Below, piece by piece: positions 21,442-32,583 of a stretch of 64,000 nt of DNA; position 1 is the first letter of the stretch, and each line of letters starts with the position of its first letter. This DNA comes from an uncultured Gemmatimonadales bacterium (GTDB taxonomy: Bacteria; Gemmatimonadota; Gemmatimonadetes; Gemmatimonadales; GWC2-71-9), in NCBI GenBank assembly GCA_963821525.1, contig CAWGED010000005.1, positions 128,001 through 192,000 of the forward strand, in the 5' to 3' direction. The notes below the pieces were generated by a model. It was given only the letters and a program-made list of their open reading frames with translations, made no database searches and was not told the DNA's origin. Made by a program: the position numbers and the translations under genes.

Positions 21442-24047
21442 TCACGCTTTAAACCGTGCATGCTTCCACATCAGAGCGCCGAGCTCACGTAGCGTCGCGG
21501 GCTCGGCACCCGCGGCCACATTGGCCGCCGCGATTTCAAACAGAATGCGCCATTGCTCGAACAAGGTGCGATACGCCGTTCCCAGGCTGTTTCGCGGATC
21601 GTAGATACTCGTCGCCTCCGCCGTCACTCCGTTGAGCTCTACCACCTTGAAGTTCCTGCCCGCCCGAAAGTCATCGAGATCCGGCGTCTTGATGTCGTAG
21701 CGGCCGAAGAAGAATCCTTCGTAGCTCTGGCTGATACGGTCAATCGCGGCATCCAGCTCCGCGGTGCGAACCCACGACCCATCAAGGAAGAGGGCCCCGC
21801 GCGAGTGAGTGCCCACATCGACCAGTTGGATGGTCTCTCCTGCCGCGGGGATTGAGGTCAATTCTCCCGCGTTCCGGCGGAGATGGACCGGGGCCATGGA
21901 GACTGCGCGATCGTCGGCCAGGATCAATTCCTCGAGCGTGCGGCGCCCGTCTCCAGTCACCGTGAGGAGCCGCTTCTCCGTCACCGAGAAAATCGTCCCC
22001 TTCGGCTCTCCAGGTTTCCGATAGTAGAAGATTCCGAACTCGAGACCGGGCAGAAATTCCTGAATCAGGACGTCGCCCCTGGCGTGTGTCAGATACTGGG
22101 CGACGTGGTACTCGTCTTTGATCATGGCTACACCCGCTCCACGCTCCCCGATGTCCGGCTTGAGCACGACGGGAAATGCCAATCCGTGTCGCTGCCGGAA
22201 GGTGCGGACGCGACTCAGCTTTTCTTCGTAATCGAGACCTCTGCGGAGGCGTTTGGTGCGCGCCACGAACTCGGCCGAGTGGCGAAGACCCTCCAGGATG
22301 TCCGCCTTGGATTCCCCGACAAAACCGCCGCCGGGGATGGCCGGATTCCCTGCGGTGAAGAGTGTCAGACTGCGGTACTTGAAGGCGAGGTACACCACGT
22401 ACAGGGCGACCGGAGGGTAGAACGCCCAGCGAGGCCAGAACTCCCAGCGGGTGATCCGCCGCCACCGGGAGAGCAGCAGACGACGGCCTCGCCAGGAGAA
22501 GAGAGGCACCACGACCTTGAGCAGCAGAAGAGTGACCAGGGCGGTGATGAGCAGCCAGGTCCAGGCCCGGCTACGCACCGCTCCCAGGACCATCTGCGCG
22601 CCTCTCTCCGACTGCGGCGGAAAACCCGACGAGGAGCGGGGTCCACAGCGCGCAGGCCACGAAGAAGTAGCCGGTGAATCGCCAGAAGCTGGTGTGCAGC
22701 ATTCCCGCCGCGAAGTAGGTGGGAAGCCGGGTGCCGGGCAGTAATCGAGTGGCAAAGACGATCGGCGCCCCGCGCTGGCGGAACCACTGAGAGCTGCGCT
22801 CCACATCCTCGGGCCGGAGAAACCAGCGAAGCGGTGCCCGATAAAGAATGGCCCTGCCCAACCAGCGCCCCGTGAGATAGAGCAGCACGTCTCCCACGAA
22901 AATCCCGACGAAGCAGGCCAGAGTGCCGGGCACTGCCGCGAGTGTTCCCCGTGCGATGAGCAGGCCGGTGGCGACACAGGTCAAATCCTCGGTCACCAGC
23001 GTGGCCGCCGCGATCAGGAACAGGAGAATGACGAGGGCGAGTCCGGCCGTCGGTGGCACCGTGCGGGGATCGAAGGGCCGCGCTGCCTTCTCCAGCCGCT
23101 GAGGCTCCGCCGTGGCGCGAGTCGCCGCCTTGCCAGCCTCGACCCGCTGGATGAAGTCGGTCAGCGGTTCCTCGATCATGTCCGGGTGCTGGAAGACCAT
23201 GAAATGGTCGCCGCGGTACATCACCAGCTCGCTTTGCGGCACCAGGCGCGCGTGCTCGCGCGCGGCGGCGGGCGTCACCAGGGGATCCTTTACGCCGTGG
23301 AGGATCAGCATCGGGCCCGCATAGCGGGACAGGATCTTCCGCAACGGCCGCTGGTCGGTCTCGTAGAAATTCCTGGCGTACTCGACACTCAACATCCCGT
23401 CATCCCAGAGACCGAAATGGGGGACCAGCTCGCGAAGTCCCCAAAGCCCGGCGAGCTGCAGACCGTGGATCGCGTGGTTCAGGTGATACTCGCCGGCCAG
23501 CTCGTATTCCTGGGCACCGATCGAGGAAAGCAGGGTGAGCGAGCGGACCCGGTCGGGCGCCAGTTGGGCGATGTTGAGTGCAACCCCGCCGCCGAGGCTG
23601 AATCCGACGATGTGGGCCTGCTTGATGTGGAGGCTGTCGAGCAGCTGGAGGACGTAGTGCGCGTGTGCGACGATCGAATAGTCGGGAATCTCCCAGGTCG
23701 AGCCGCCGAAACCCGGCAGGTCTGGAGAGATGACCCGGAAGCGATCGGCCAGAGCCGGTCCCAGCGCCCAGAACGCGCCGTTGTCTCCCGGACTGCCGTG
23801 CAGGAGCACTACCGTTGGCCGATCACCCGCGCTGTCGGGGTGCTGATCCCGAAACGCGATATGCACTTCGTCGCGGGTCTCCCGCCCATGATCCACGACG
23901 TGAAGGTTGATCGTTCGCTCGTCACCGTCGGGCCTGCCGTCCCGAGGATGTGAAGCGCGAACAATGTGTGAGGCGATCAGGAGAACGAGATAGACGCCGA
24001 GGAACCAGGCTCCACGGTGCGAGGTACCGGCAGGGTGAGTTACTCAA
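21442..24047 (-). CDS. Alpha/beta hydrolase - DedA/VTT membrane domain - ATP-grasp ligase fusion (frameshifts near 22590 and 23900-24020; start approximate)
   Basis: LHGSPG, GFSLGG nucleophile elbow; TEDL...GDVLLY...RLLPGTR (DedA); WEFWP, LKPDIGERGAGV, GRYDIK, ELNG (ATP-grasp). Confidence 0.8.
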
Positions 24048-24786
24048 CGGGAGAGAGGAGAGGGTTCCCTGCTGCGAGCGATGCGGGACCTGGCGATTTC
24101 CGTGGTGACACAGGGCGGACCGAGCACATGGTGAATCTCCACCGAATCAGACGTCACGTCCACTCGGCAGAAGCTCCTGGTCTCGGCTACCTCCCGGTGC
24201 ATGCAGGGAGACAGAGGACCGCGCACCGGTAAATGGGAGCGGTGGAAAGCTCTCCAGCACCTCGGGAGTGATCGGCCCGCCAGCCTGGATTTGTGACAGA
24301 GCCGCGCGTCGCGCCGCTTCCGCTTCGCTGGAGAATCCGGAGCTGGTCGCGACCAGTCCCGGCAGCTCCACCGCGCGCTCCACGAGGTTTTCACCGTTCC
24401 ACGCCAGGAGGTAAACCGGCGAGTCGGGCGCCGTGGTCGCAAGAGTGAATGGCTGGTACTCGGTGAGGGCGCTCGCGGCGAGCCGATGGCGCACCAGGTC
24501 CGGGGTTGGAGTTGTTGCCAGCGACCGCACCAGCTGGCCCCTGCTGCGTGGTGCGGTGGTGCGGACCGTCTCGGGCCCATAGCGATTCAGGACTGCGACG
24601 GTCACTCCGAATTCGTTGGCCGCTATCCAGGTACCGCCCTGATCGCTGTCGAGGGGTGCCACGAGGGTGACGCCGTCCCACCGGTGGACCGTCGCCGGAA
24701 CCTCAGGACCGCGAAGCGGGCTCTCGTCCCGATTGAAGAACAGGCTGTAGCCGCCGCGGGACCGGCAGCCAGCTCAGCGTGCACAT
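24044..24786 (-). CDS. NRDE / TANGO2 family Ntn-hydrolase-fold protein (frameshifted)
   Basis: Starts MCTLSW, then FNRDE, GGTWI, SSG. Confidence 0.85.
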
Positions 24787-25301
24787 GCTGCCTGACGTTC
24801 GAGGTACCCCTTGGTGGATGGCGCCAGGCCGAATTCCATTCCGGCCTCGAAACCGTGCTGACGGAGAATCTGCTTGATGAGGGCGCAGTGATGCACGGTG
24901 TGACTCACCAGGAACTGCAGCTCGCGCCGCACCGTGGATCCGCTCCAGTCCGGTTCGTCTTCATCGGCCAGGCTCCTTGTCGAGACCTGGAGCGGCCGTG
25001 ACCCCATCTCTGCCGTGAGCTGGCTGAGCTCGTTTCGAAGGCCGAGTGCGACGTCAATCGCATATCCCCGCTCCCGCTCCAGCCGAGGATCGCGCCCTCG
25101 CGCGTCGTAGTCAATCCGGCCCCCGGCCAGGCCCCCGAGGAGCACCTGATAGTGGTCGAAGACGTGGCGAAAGTGGACTCCAACCGGGGATCCCTCGTCC
25201 GCGCCGGCCGTGGCGTAGGTCTCGTCGTCCATGCGACGCAATACCTCGATACACTGGTCGAGGACATGGCAGTTGCCGACGACTGCTTCCAGTCTCTTCA
25301 C
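24774..25301 (-). CDS. DinB family protein
   Basis: HFRHVFDHY, IDYDARGRD, RELQFLVSHTVHH, FGLAPST. Confidence 0.85.
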   Translation of the reverse strand: MKRLEAVVGNCHVLDQCIEVLRRMDDETYATAGADEGSPVGVHFRHVFDHYQVLLGGLAGGRIDYDARGRDPRLERERGYAIDVALGLRNELSQLTAEMGSRPLQVSTRSLADEDEPDWSGSTVRRELQFLVSHTVHHCALIKQILRQHGFEAGMEFGLAPSTKGYLERQAACAR

Positions 25302-26078
25302 TCAGACCTCCTGAAGGTTCGTCACCACGGGCACAAAGCGCTCACGCACGGCCTGGTGTAATTGCTCGGCGAGGCGGCGCCGGTCGGATTCCTGGATCGG
25401 TTCTTCTCCGAAGACGACCGTCGCGTGGATCGTCGGTAGCGCAGCGAGGGAGACCAGGTGCGATCCGAAGGTCATGTCTCCCCACCAGCAGACCGCGAGA
25501 TGCGCCGGCGCCGAACCCTCCGGCGTGCGATAGCTGAGGCTCGCGTGGTATACCGGGTGCTCATGCCTCGCGGCCCATTCCAGCAGTGCCGGACGGAACG
25601 GCAGGACATCGGAGCCGGGCGAGCTGGTCGCCTCGGCGAAGAGGACGACACCGTCTCCCGCGGTCACCGCCGCTTCGAGCCGTCCCATGACCCGAATCGT
25701 GTCGCGCGGCGCGTTCCGGTCCACGAAGATGGTGTCCATGAGGCTCACGAGACGGCCGATCACCGGCCATTTCGCCACTTCCTGCTTGGCGACGAAGACC
25801 GCCTCCAATCGAGCGGCCAGGATAACAACGTCGAGATAGCTGAGATGGTTTGCGACCAGGAGGAATGGCGCCTTGGGCGGCAACCCGAGCGGGTCAACCC
25901 GGACGCCGAGGATCCACTCGACGCCTCGGGCCCAGCTCTGGAAGACAAGGCGGCGGACCGGGCGCCGGAGTCGAGCGATGCCAAGCGTGATTCCAACCGC
26001 TGCCAGATAGACCACCAGACCGGTCGCCGTCCAGATGGTCAGCGCCGCTAGCCGGAGCCAGGCACGGAGGAGTCGCAT
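25302..26078 (-). CDS. Lysophospholipid / lyso-aminolipid O-acyltransferase (PlsC/OlsA-like)
   Basis: NHLSYLD (HxxxxD), FVAK, FAEATS, CWWGDM. Confidence 0.9.
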   Translation of the reverse strand: MRLLRAWLRLAALTIWTATGLVVYLAAVGITLGIARLRRPVRRLVFQSWARGVEWILGVRVDPLGLPPKAPFLLVANHLSYLDVVILAARLEAVFVAKQEVAKWPVIGRLVSLMDTIFVDRNAPRDTIRVMGRLEAAVTAGDGVVLFAEATSSPGSDVLPFRPALLEWAARHEHPVYHASLSYRTPEGSAPAHLAVCWWGDMTFGSHLVSLAALPTIHATVVFGEEPIQESDRRRLAEQLHQAVRERFVPVVTNLQEV

Positions 26079-26086
26079 TGAAGCGA

Positions 26087-26938
26087 TCAGCGAAAGAAGA
26101 AGCGGTAGCTGTGCAGGTCCAGCGCCTCGATATCCAGCACTACGAGGAAGTCGATCGTCTTGAACAGGCGGTCAAGCGCGGGACCGCCGCACACCTTGGC
26201 GCCGAGGTTGAGATAGCTCTGGAACAGCGCGGGGATGTGCACCTGCCGGCTCGCGACCAGGCCGGGATCGGCGAGCGTCTCGCAGTTGAGCTCCGGGAGC
26301 GGTGCCGCTGAGAACTCCGGATGCAGCAGGCCGCGTTGCTTCAGGTATTGCAACGTCGCCATGCCCAGCGCAGGCTCCTGGCTCGTGAGCGAACAACATC
26401 CGAAGAGGTAGCGTTTGGCTGTGTGGGTCAGGTACTGCGCCAGTCCCCGCCACAGCAGATTGAGGACTCGGCCGTTTCTGTGCTCCTTCGCGACACAAGC
26501 CCTTCCGACTTCGATCGCGTTCTCAAGGAAGCCGGCCGGAAGCCCCGAGAGATCGTATTCGCCGGCCGAGTAGAAGCCACGTCCCGTGGCGGCCATCTCG
26601 GAGGTCTGCAGCCGGTAGGTCCCCACGGCTTTTCCACTGTCCCGCGACAGAATCATCAGGTGGTGAAACCAGGGATCGAGCTCGTCGTGGTCCCGCCCGG
26701 TCTCGAAGGCGGAATCGAGGCCCTCCCGGAGCTCGAGGTTGAACACCTCGAAGCGGAGCCGCTCGACCGCCTCCAGGTCCTGCGGCGAGCGGGCGAACCG
26801 CATGAAATAACGCCCGGCGATGCTCTCCTCAGTGGGCAGCAGGTCGGGACGGACCGGGTACGACGAGAGTGCAGACCCCTGGTCGGGGGATGTGGTCCGC
26901 TGGGCGGTAGTGGGCCGTCCGGTCTTCAAGAGGCTCAT
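26087..26938 (-). CDS. GNAT N-acyltransferase (OlsB-like N-acyl amino acid synthase)
   Basis: RLRFEVFNLEL, VGTYRL, EVGRACV, YLFGCCS, YLNLGAKVCG, TIDF. Confidence 0.88.
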   Translation of the reverse strand: MSLLKTGRPTTAQRTTSPDQGSALSSYPVRPDLLPTEESIAGRYFMRFARSPQDLEAVERLRFEVFNLELREGLDSAFETGRDHDELDPWFHHLMILSRDSGKAVGTYRLQTSEMAATGRGFYSAGEYDLSGLPAGFLENAIEVGRACVAKEHRNGRVLNLLWRGLAQYLTHTAKRYLFGCCSLTSQEPALGMATLQYLKQRGLLHPEFSAAPLPELNCETLADPGLVASRQVHIPALFQSYLNLGAKVCGGPALDRLFKTIDFLVVLDIEALDLHSYRFFFR

Positions 26939-27167
26939 CCGAGAACTCCGTTCCTGGCGTTTCACGGAGAACGTTCTGAGGCAGGGATTGGTTTCCGGCC
27001 CCTGAATGTGCATCGCACTGCCGACGGCGCCAGAGGCGGTCGAGCATTCTGACCGAACCCTTGCGCGTCCTGCACGATGCTCCAATAGTTGGAGTGGCAC
27101 CGGTGCGTTCTCCAGGCCGCGGAGAGCCTCCGGAAGCCCCCCATCTCCCTCACGGCATGAGGCCGCG

Positions 27168-27443
27168 ATGCAGGCCGATATTCTCGCCATGCTGTCCGGC
27201 GTAGGGTCTTGGACCCTGCGCACCGCGCTCATCCTGTTCGTGCTACTCAATGGGACCGCGGTGGCGCTGGTGGCCATCCGGCGGGACCGCACGATGGTGA
27301 ACCGCTGGACCTCCCGCTGGCTGGCCGCCAATATCGCCCTGCTCGGCGCCGGAGCCGGAATCCCGCTGCTCACCGGCCTGCTCCGAGCCGGCCTCTCGCT
27401 CTTACCGACCTTCTCGGCGGCGGCGGCGACTGGACCGAAGTGA
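27168..27443 (+). CDS. Small membrane protein
   Basis: 91-aa ORF with two hydrophobic segments, divergent from the lipid cluster. Confidence 0.6.
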   Translation: MQADILAMLSGVGSWTLRTALILFVLLNGTAVALVAIRRDRTMVNRWTSRWLAANIALLGAGAGIPLLTGLLRAGLSLLPTFSAAAATGPK

Positions 27444-27479
27444 TGTCAGCAGGTTCGCGACCGTCTCGAGGAGGTTCCC

Positions 27480-27660
27480 ATGCCCGACGACCCCGCCACC
27501 ACAGATCAAGACCGAGCAGGAGTATCGGGACGCCGTGAAGGAGATGGAGCGGTTGTTCGAAGAGGATCCCGAGCCCGACACGCCGGAGGGCGAGAAGCTG
27601 GAACGGCTGAGTAAGGAAGTGGCCAGGTACGAGGACGAGCACTACCCGATGCGGGAGTGA
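27480..27660 (+). CDS. Stand-alone HigA antitoxin N-terminal-like mini-protein (~59 aa; 1-nt slip just after the ATG)
   Basis: GAGGAGG RBS; IKTEQEYRDAVKEMERLFEEDPEPDTPEGEKLERLSKEVARYEDEHYPMRE*. Confidence 0.7.
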
Positions 27661-27683
27661 CAGAACGTCCATCGCAGACAGCG

Positions 27684-27717
27684 AAGCCCCGCCGATGTAC
27701 CTTGTGGCGGGGCTTTT
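27684..27717 (+). terminator. Intrinsic terminator-like hairpin
   Basis: AAGCCCCGCC / GGCGGGGCTT stem followed by TT. Confidence 0.6.
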
Positions 27718-27744
27718 CCATCCTTCGAACCCGTGAGGAAGATC

Positions 27745-28596
27745 ATGTCGATCCGTTCAGCGGCCGGCGCCGTACTGCTCCTGGCCGGTCTCGTCAGCTG
27801 CAAGTCCGAAAAACCTGCCCCGGCCACGGCTGATGCGGCAGCCGCTGCTCCGGCTCCGACGATGCTCACCATCACGGCTACTGATTACGCGTTTGAGCTT
27901 CCCGCTCAGGTCCCAGCCGGCGTCGTCACCATCCACCTCGTCAACAATGGAAAAGAAATCCACCAGGCGCAGCTGGTCCGGCTCGAGGATGGAAAGACAG
28001 CAGCCGATTTCGGCGAAGCGATGAAGCAGAAGGGGCCGCCCCCGTCCTGGATCAAGTTCGTGGGGGGCCCCAATGCGGCCGTTCCCGGCGGTTCGGTCGA
28101 TGGCAGTGTCGCACTCGCTCAGGGAAACTATGTCGTCCTGTGTTTCATCCCGTCGCCCGATATGAAGCCGCACATGATGAAGGGGATGATCCATCCGTTC
28201 GAGGTCACTGCTCAGGCGGGAGCGGCGGATCACTTGTCCGGGGAGACCGACACTCTCACGGTTACCGAATATGCGTTCACCCAGACGCCGACCCTCACCC
28301 CGGGGCACCACACCATTCTGGTCCGCAATGCGGGCGCTCAGGACCATGAGGTGGTGCTGGTCAAGCTGCCCCCGGGAGTTACGATCGCGGCTTTCGCCAA
28401 GTGGACCGACACGATGAAGGGTGAACCACCGGGACTGCCGTTGGGTGGCGTGACGGCGCTCGCCAGTGGGGAGAGTGCTGACTTCACCGCGGATCTGACG
28501 GCGGGAGATTACGCCTTCATTTGTTTTGTGCCGGACGCCAAAGACGGGAAGCCGCACTTCGTGCACGGCATGATGACGCAGTTCAAGGTGGGGTAA
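27745..28596 (+). CDS. Lipoprotein with two tandem cupredoxin-like (type 1 copper) domains
   Basis: Lipobox LVSC; two repeats of H...CF(I/V)P...PH...GM. Confidence 0.75.
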   Translation: MSIRSAAGAVLLLAGLVSCKSEKPAPATADAAAAAPAPTMLTITATDYAFELPAQVPAGVVTIHLVNNGKEIHQAQLVRLEDGKTAADFGEAMKQKGPPPSWIKFVGGPNAAVPGGSVDGSVALAQGNYVVLCFIPSPDMKPHMMKGMIHPFEVTAQAGAADHLSGETDTLTVTEYAFTQTPTLTPGHHTILVRNAGAQDHEVVLVKLPPGVTIAAFAKWTDTMKGEPPGLPLGGVTALASGESADFTADLTAGDYAFICFVPDAKDGKPHFVHGMMTQFKVG

Positions 28597-28629
28597 CGAA
28601 TCCGACGGGACCGCCTCGGCTCACCGCCG

Positions 28630-29699
28630 ATGCAGCTTCTGGTGATCAACTGCGGCAGCGCCACGCTCAAGTGGAAGCTGTTCCGTTTCACAGGGGGGCT
28701 GCAGGAGGCAATCACCTCGGGTGTTCTGTCCGTGCAAGAGAACGGCTGGCCCGAGGCGGTCACGGCGGCGTTGGCAGCGGTTCCGGTTCGCCCGGATGCG
28801 ATCGTGCACCGGGTGGTGCACGGCGGCGAAGTTGCGCAGGACGTAGTGTCGATCGACGGGGCGGAGTATGACCGGCTTCGGGGTCTCACTTCCCTGGCTC
28901 CGCTCCACAACACGACAGCGCTCGAGGCCATCGAGGCGACCCGGGACCTCGGCGTCCCCCTGTTAGCCGCCTTCGACAGCGCCTTTCACCGAACCCTTCC
29001 GGAGGTCGCTTACCGTTACGCCATTCCTCCCACTCCGGGCGTGCGCCGCTACGGCTTTCACGGGTGGTCACACCGCTACGTGACCGAGCGGTATGCCGAG
29101 CTGAGCGGGAATGCCTCTCCTACCATCATCACGCTTCATTTGGGGAATGGATGTTCCGCTGCAGCCATCCGTCAGGGCCACGCAGTCGACACCTCCATGG
29201 GATTCTCGCCACTGGAGGGCCTTCTCATGGGTACCCGGCCGGGCGATCTCGATCCCGGCGTCGTGCTGCACCTCCTGCGAAAGGGGATGACGCTCGAGGA
29301 GGTGGAATGGGCAGCTCAATCACGACTCCGGTCTGATGGGGCTGGCCGGGACCAACGACATGCAGGAGCTCCTCTCCCGTTCCGATTCGGCGGCGCGATT
29401 TGCGGTAGAGCTTTTCTGCTACCGGGTGCGCAAGTACGTAGGAGCGTACCTCGCTGTGCTGCGAGGGAGCCGAAGCCGTGGTCTTCACCGGCGGGATCGG
29501 GGAGCGCTCCCCTGAGATCCGGCGACGGATTTGCGAGCCGTTGGGGTGGGCAGGCCTCGTTCTCGACGCCGAGAGAAACCTTCGGGGGGACGAGCTGATT
29601 TCGGCGGAAGGATCCCGCCTCGCGGCCTACGCTATTCCCACCGATGAGGAGCGCATCATAGCGCGAGAGGCGGCCCGGGTGCTCGGGGCCGCCTCCTGA
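28630..29699 (+). CDS. ackA: Acetate/propionate kinase (frameshifts near 29310 and 29465)
   Basis: INCGSATLK, HRVVHGG, APLHN, RRYGFHG, HLGNGCS, GTRPGDLDP, FTGGIGE. Confidence 0.9.
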
Positions 29700-29705
29700 T
29701 CAGGT

Positions 29706-30431
29706 TCAGGGCAATTGCGCTTCAAGCACCGCCTGCCGCTGATTCGCGTCACCATGGTAGGAGGTAGGAGACCCGAGATACCGTTCGAACCAACCTCGGG
29801 CCAGCTCCGCTACCTGGTCCAGTGTGCCAGCCTCTTCGAATAGATGGCCCGCGCCCGGGACGATCACCAGCTGCTTCGCCCGGGGCTGAAGCAGGTCCAG
29901 TGCCTCGCGGTTGAGAGTGATCACCGTAGCGTCGCGTGCCCCGACGATGAGCAGCGTAGGAGCTTTGACCCGTGGCAGGTACATTCCCGCCAGATCGGGC
30001 CGCCCTCCGCGAGACACCACTGCCTGAACCGACTGTGGCCGTAACACCGACGCCACCAGGGCTGCGGCACCGCCGGTGCTTGCCCCGAAGTAGCCGACGG
30101 GAAGAGCTCCAACGTCCGGTTGGGTAGCCACCCAGTCGGTGGCTAAGGCCAGCCGATCCGCCAGGAGCGAAATGTTGAACCGCAGCTCGGCCGTGGCCGC
30201 GTCGAGCACTTCCTCGTCGGCGGTCAGGAGGTCGAACAGCAAGGTGGCAAGTCCCGCTCTCTGGAGATGCTCTGCTACCCGACGGTTTCTCCGGCTATGC
30301 CGGCTGCTTCCGCTGCCATGAGCGAAGAGGACGATTCCTCGTGCCCCGGCGGGCACGACCAGATCACCGTCCAACGTTACTTGCCTGGCTCCGATCTGTA
30401 CCGACCGAGCCTGGTTCTTGAGCCCTGTCAT
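29706..30431 (-). CDS. Dienelactone hydrolase family alpha/beta hydrolase
   Basis: FAHGSGSSRHS, GASTG, SRGGRPDLA, GHLFEE. Confidence 0.88.
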   Translation of the reverse strand: MTGLKNQARSVQIGARQVTLDGDLVVPAGARGIVLFAHGSGSSRHSRRNRRVAEHLQRAGLATLLFDLLTADEEVLDAATAELRFNISLLADRLALATDWVATQPDVGALPVGYFGASTGGAAALVASVLRPQSVQAVVSRGGRPDLAGMYLPRVKAPTLLIVGARDATVITLNREALDLLQPRAKQLVIVPGAGHLFEEAGTLDQVAELARGWFERYLGSPTSYHGDANQRQAVLEAQLP

Positions 30432-30468
30432 CCGACATTGTCGCATCCCTCGGGACCCGGCCCGGCCG

Positions 30469-31821
30469 TCACAGCGCAGACGGGTAGGTCTCCAGTAACT
30501 CGGGTTCACCCCGTTCCCAGCCCGGCGTACGCTCCAGCGGTTCGACCGCCCGCGTGTGGTCATAATGCAGCACGGCATCAAATTGCCGTGCCAGGACCGC
30601 CGCGAAGTAATGGCTCAAGCGCTCCGTCTCCGGACGGTAGATCACGCCGATGGCGCGTTCGAGCCGCGGCGCCGCGAGAGCCGCGACGGCTTCGTTGGGT
30701 TGGCGAAGGTCAAGAAAGAAGTTCCCGATGCCACAGGCGTGGAAGAGCGCCTCGTAGCTCTCCGGCAGGGCGGGCCGGACAATCTTCCGCTCCGCCTCCC
30801 CGTTCCAGTCGGACGCGGCCGTTACGGTTCCGCTGTAGGTAGTGAAGCCGACAAGGAAGGCTGCTCGACCGAATTGCTCCCGAACCAGCTGCCCCACGTT
30901 CAGTTCGCCGCGATGGGCGCCCATCTCCGTAGCCCGTGCGTCCCCAAGGTGCGAGTTATGGGCCCAGACCACGATCTTGGCGCGCCGGGGATCCGTCTCG
31001 AGAAAAGTGACCAGGGCACGGAGTGTCTCGGCCATGTGCTGATCCCGCAGATTCCAGGAGGCGGCGTGATCCTGGAACATCGCACGGTAGTAGCGTTCGG
31101 CGTTGGCCACGACTTTGGCATTCTGCTCCGCGAAGAACAGGTCATCCGCAGCTACCCGCCCATCGCGCTTGGCGTACTCGGCTGCCGCTGCGCGGAGTTC
31201 GACCAGCTGATTGATGACGGCGGTCTCACACGAGGGCGCGAGGCCAAGAGTCGTCGCGTAGCCGTAAGTCTGGGGGTCCCCGCCGAAATGTTCGAAGCAT
31301 GCGTAGCGATCCGCCGCCCTCACCGCCGCGTCGGGATCCACCACTTTCAGGTATTCGATCACCGCGTGCATCGACGCATGCAGACTGTACAGATCAAGCC
31401 CATAGAACCCCACCTTGAAAGCCTCGGAGTCTCGTGAGTCGTTGTGTTCCCGCAGCCAGCCCACGAAATCCAGCACATCCGCATTACGCCACATCCATTG
31501 GGGGAACCGCAGGAAGCCACCCAACGCCTCCGCGGAGTCGGGGTCGCCCGACCGCCCCCGGACGTACCGGTTGACCCGATAGGCATCCGGCCAGTCGGCT
31601 TCGACTGCCACTGCACTGAAGCCCTTCTCGCGAATCAGGCGCTTGGTGATTTCAGCCCGGACCCGATAGAAGTCGTGGGTGCCATGCGAGGCCTCGCCCA
31701 GGAGCACCAACCGCGCGTCTCCCACGGCGCCCAGCAGGGCATCGAAGTCGGCCGTCGTCCCCTGGAGCCCACACGCGGCCGAGCGAAGTGTGGGGATGAG
31801 CCGTTCAGTTCCGCGCCGCAT
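30469..31821 (-). CDS. Erythromycin esterase family protein
   Basis: GEASHGT, EADWPD, WAHNSHLGDARAT, ERAIGVIY. Confidence 0.92.
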   Translation of the reverse strand: MRRGTERLIPTLRSAACGLQGTTADFDALLGAVGDARLVLLGEASHGTHDFYRVRAEITKRLIREKGFSAVAVEADWPDAYRVNRYVRGRSGDPDSAEALGGFLRFPQWMWRNADVLDFVGWLREHNDSRDSEAFKVGFYGLDLYSLHASMHAVIEYLKVVDPDAAVRAADRYACFEHFGGDPQTYGYATTLGLAPSCETAVINQLVELRAAAAEYAKRDGRVAADDLFFAEQNAKVVANAERYYRAMFQDHAASWNLRDQHMAETLRALVTFLETDPRRAKIVVWAHNSHLGDARATEMGAHRGELNVGQLVREQFGRAAFLVGFTTYSGTVTAASDWNGEAERKIVRPALPESYEALFHACGIGNFFLDLRQPNEAVAALAAPRLERAIGVIYRPETERLSHYFAAVLARQFDAVLHYDHTRAVEPLERTPGWERGEPELLETYPSAL

Positions 31822-32483
31822 AGCGTTTCTCCACATCCCCAGAGGCTCGTTGCTGGAGTGCGGCCCGGACTTCCTCATCGCTCGTCTGCTCGAAATTGTG
31901 GTACCACTCGCCGACGGCCCGGAACGGCTCGGGCACGTGCCACGGCGGCGCAGCGGTCGGCCACCCGTCCCAGGGCATGCCATGCGCTCTCCGACATCAC
32001 GGGGGCTGCGGCGATGATGGCCGCAGGCTGGTGTTCCCTGAGGGCATGAACGGCGGCGAGCAAGGTGGACCCAGTGGCCGCACCGTCATCGACGAGAAGG
32101 ACCGTCATTCCTCTCAGGACCGGAAAGGGCCGGTCCATCCGATACTCCCGGTCCCCCAGAGCCAGCTTCTGTTGCTCTGCTCGGGTGACGGCCTCCACTG
32201 CCTCCTTCGAGATGTTGAGGGCCTGGATCACGCCGGGGTTCAGAACTCGCGCGCCGCCACTGGCGATAGCTCCCATGGCAAACTCTTCGTGTCCCGGTAC
32301 GCCCAGTTTGCGCACCAGAAACACGTCCAGCGGCGCCTCCAGCGCCTCGGCTACTTCGGCCGCTACCGGCACCCCGCCGCGCGGAAGGCCAAGAACCACC
32401 AAATCGCTGCGTCCCGCGAGGTTCAGCAGTCGGTCCGCGAGTTGACGTCCCGCATCCTGGCGGTTGAAAAAGGGAAATGCCAT
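31805..32483 (-). CDS. Phosphoribosyltransferase family protein (frameshift near 31935)
   Basis: GLPRGGVPVA, VRKLGVP, VDDGAATG. Confidence 0.88.
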
Positions 32484-32583
32484 AACCCACCTCAGCGGAT
32501 ATCGACGGTTGGAAGATGGGATGCCGAGGATGAAACAACCGTGAGGAAACGCCGAATCGACCGTGATCTTCGGCGTGGCGGCC

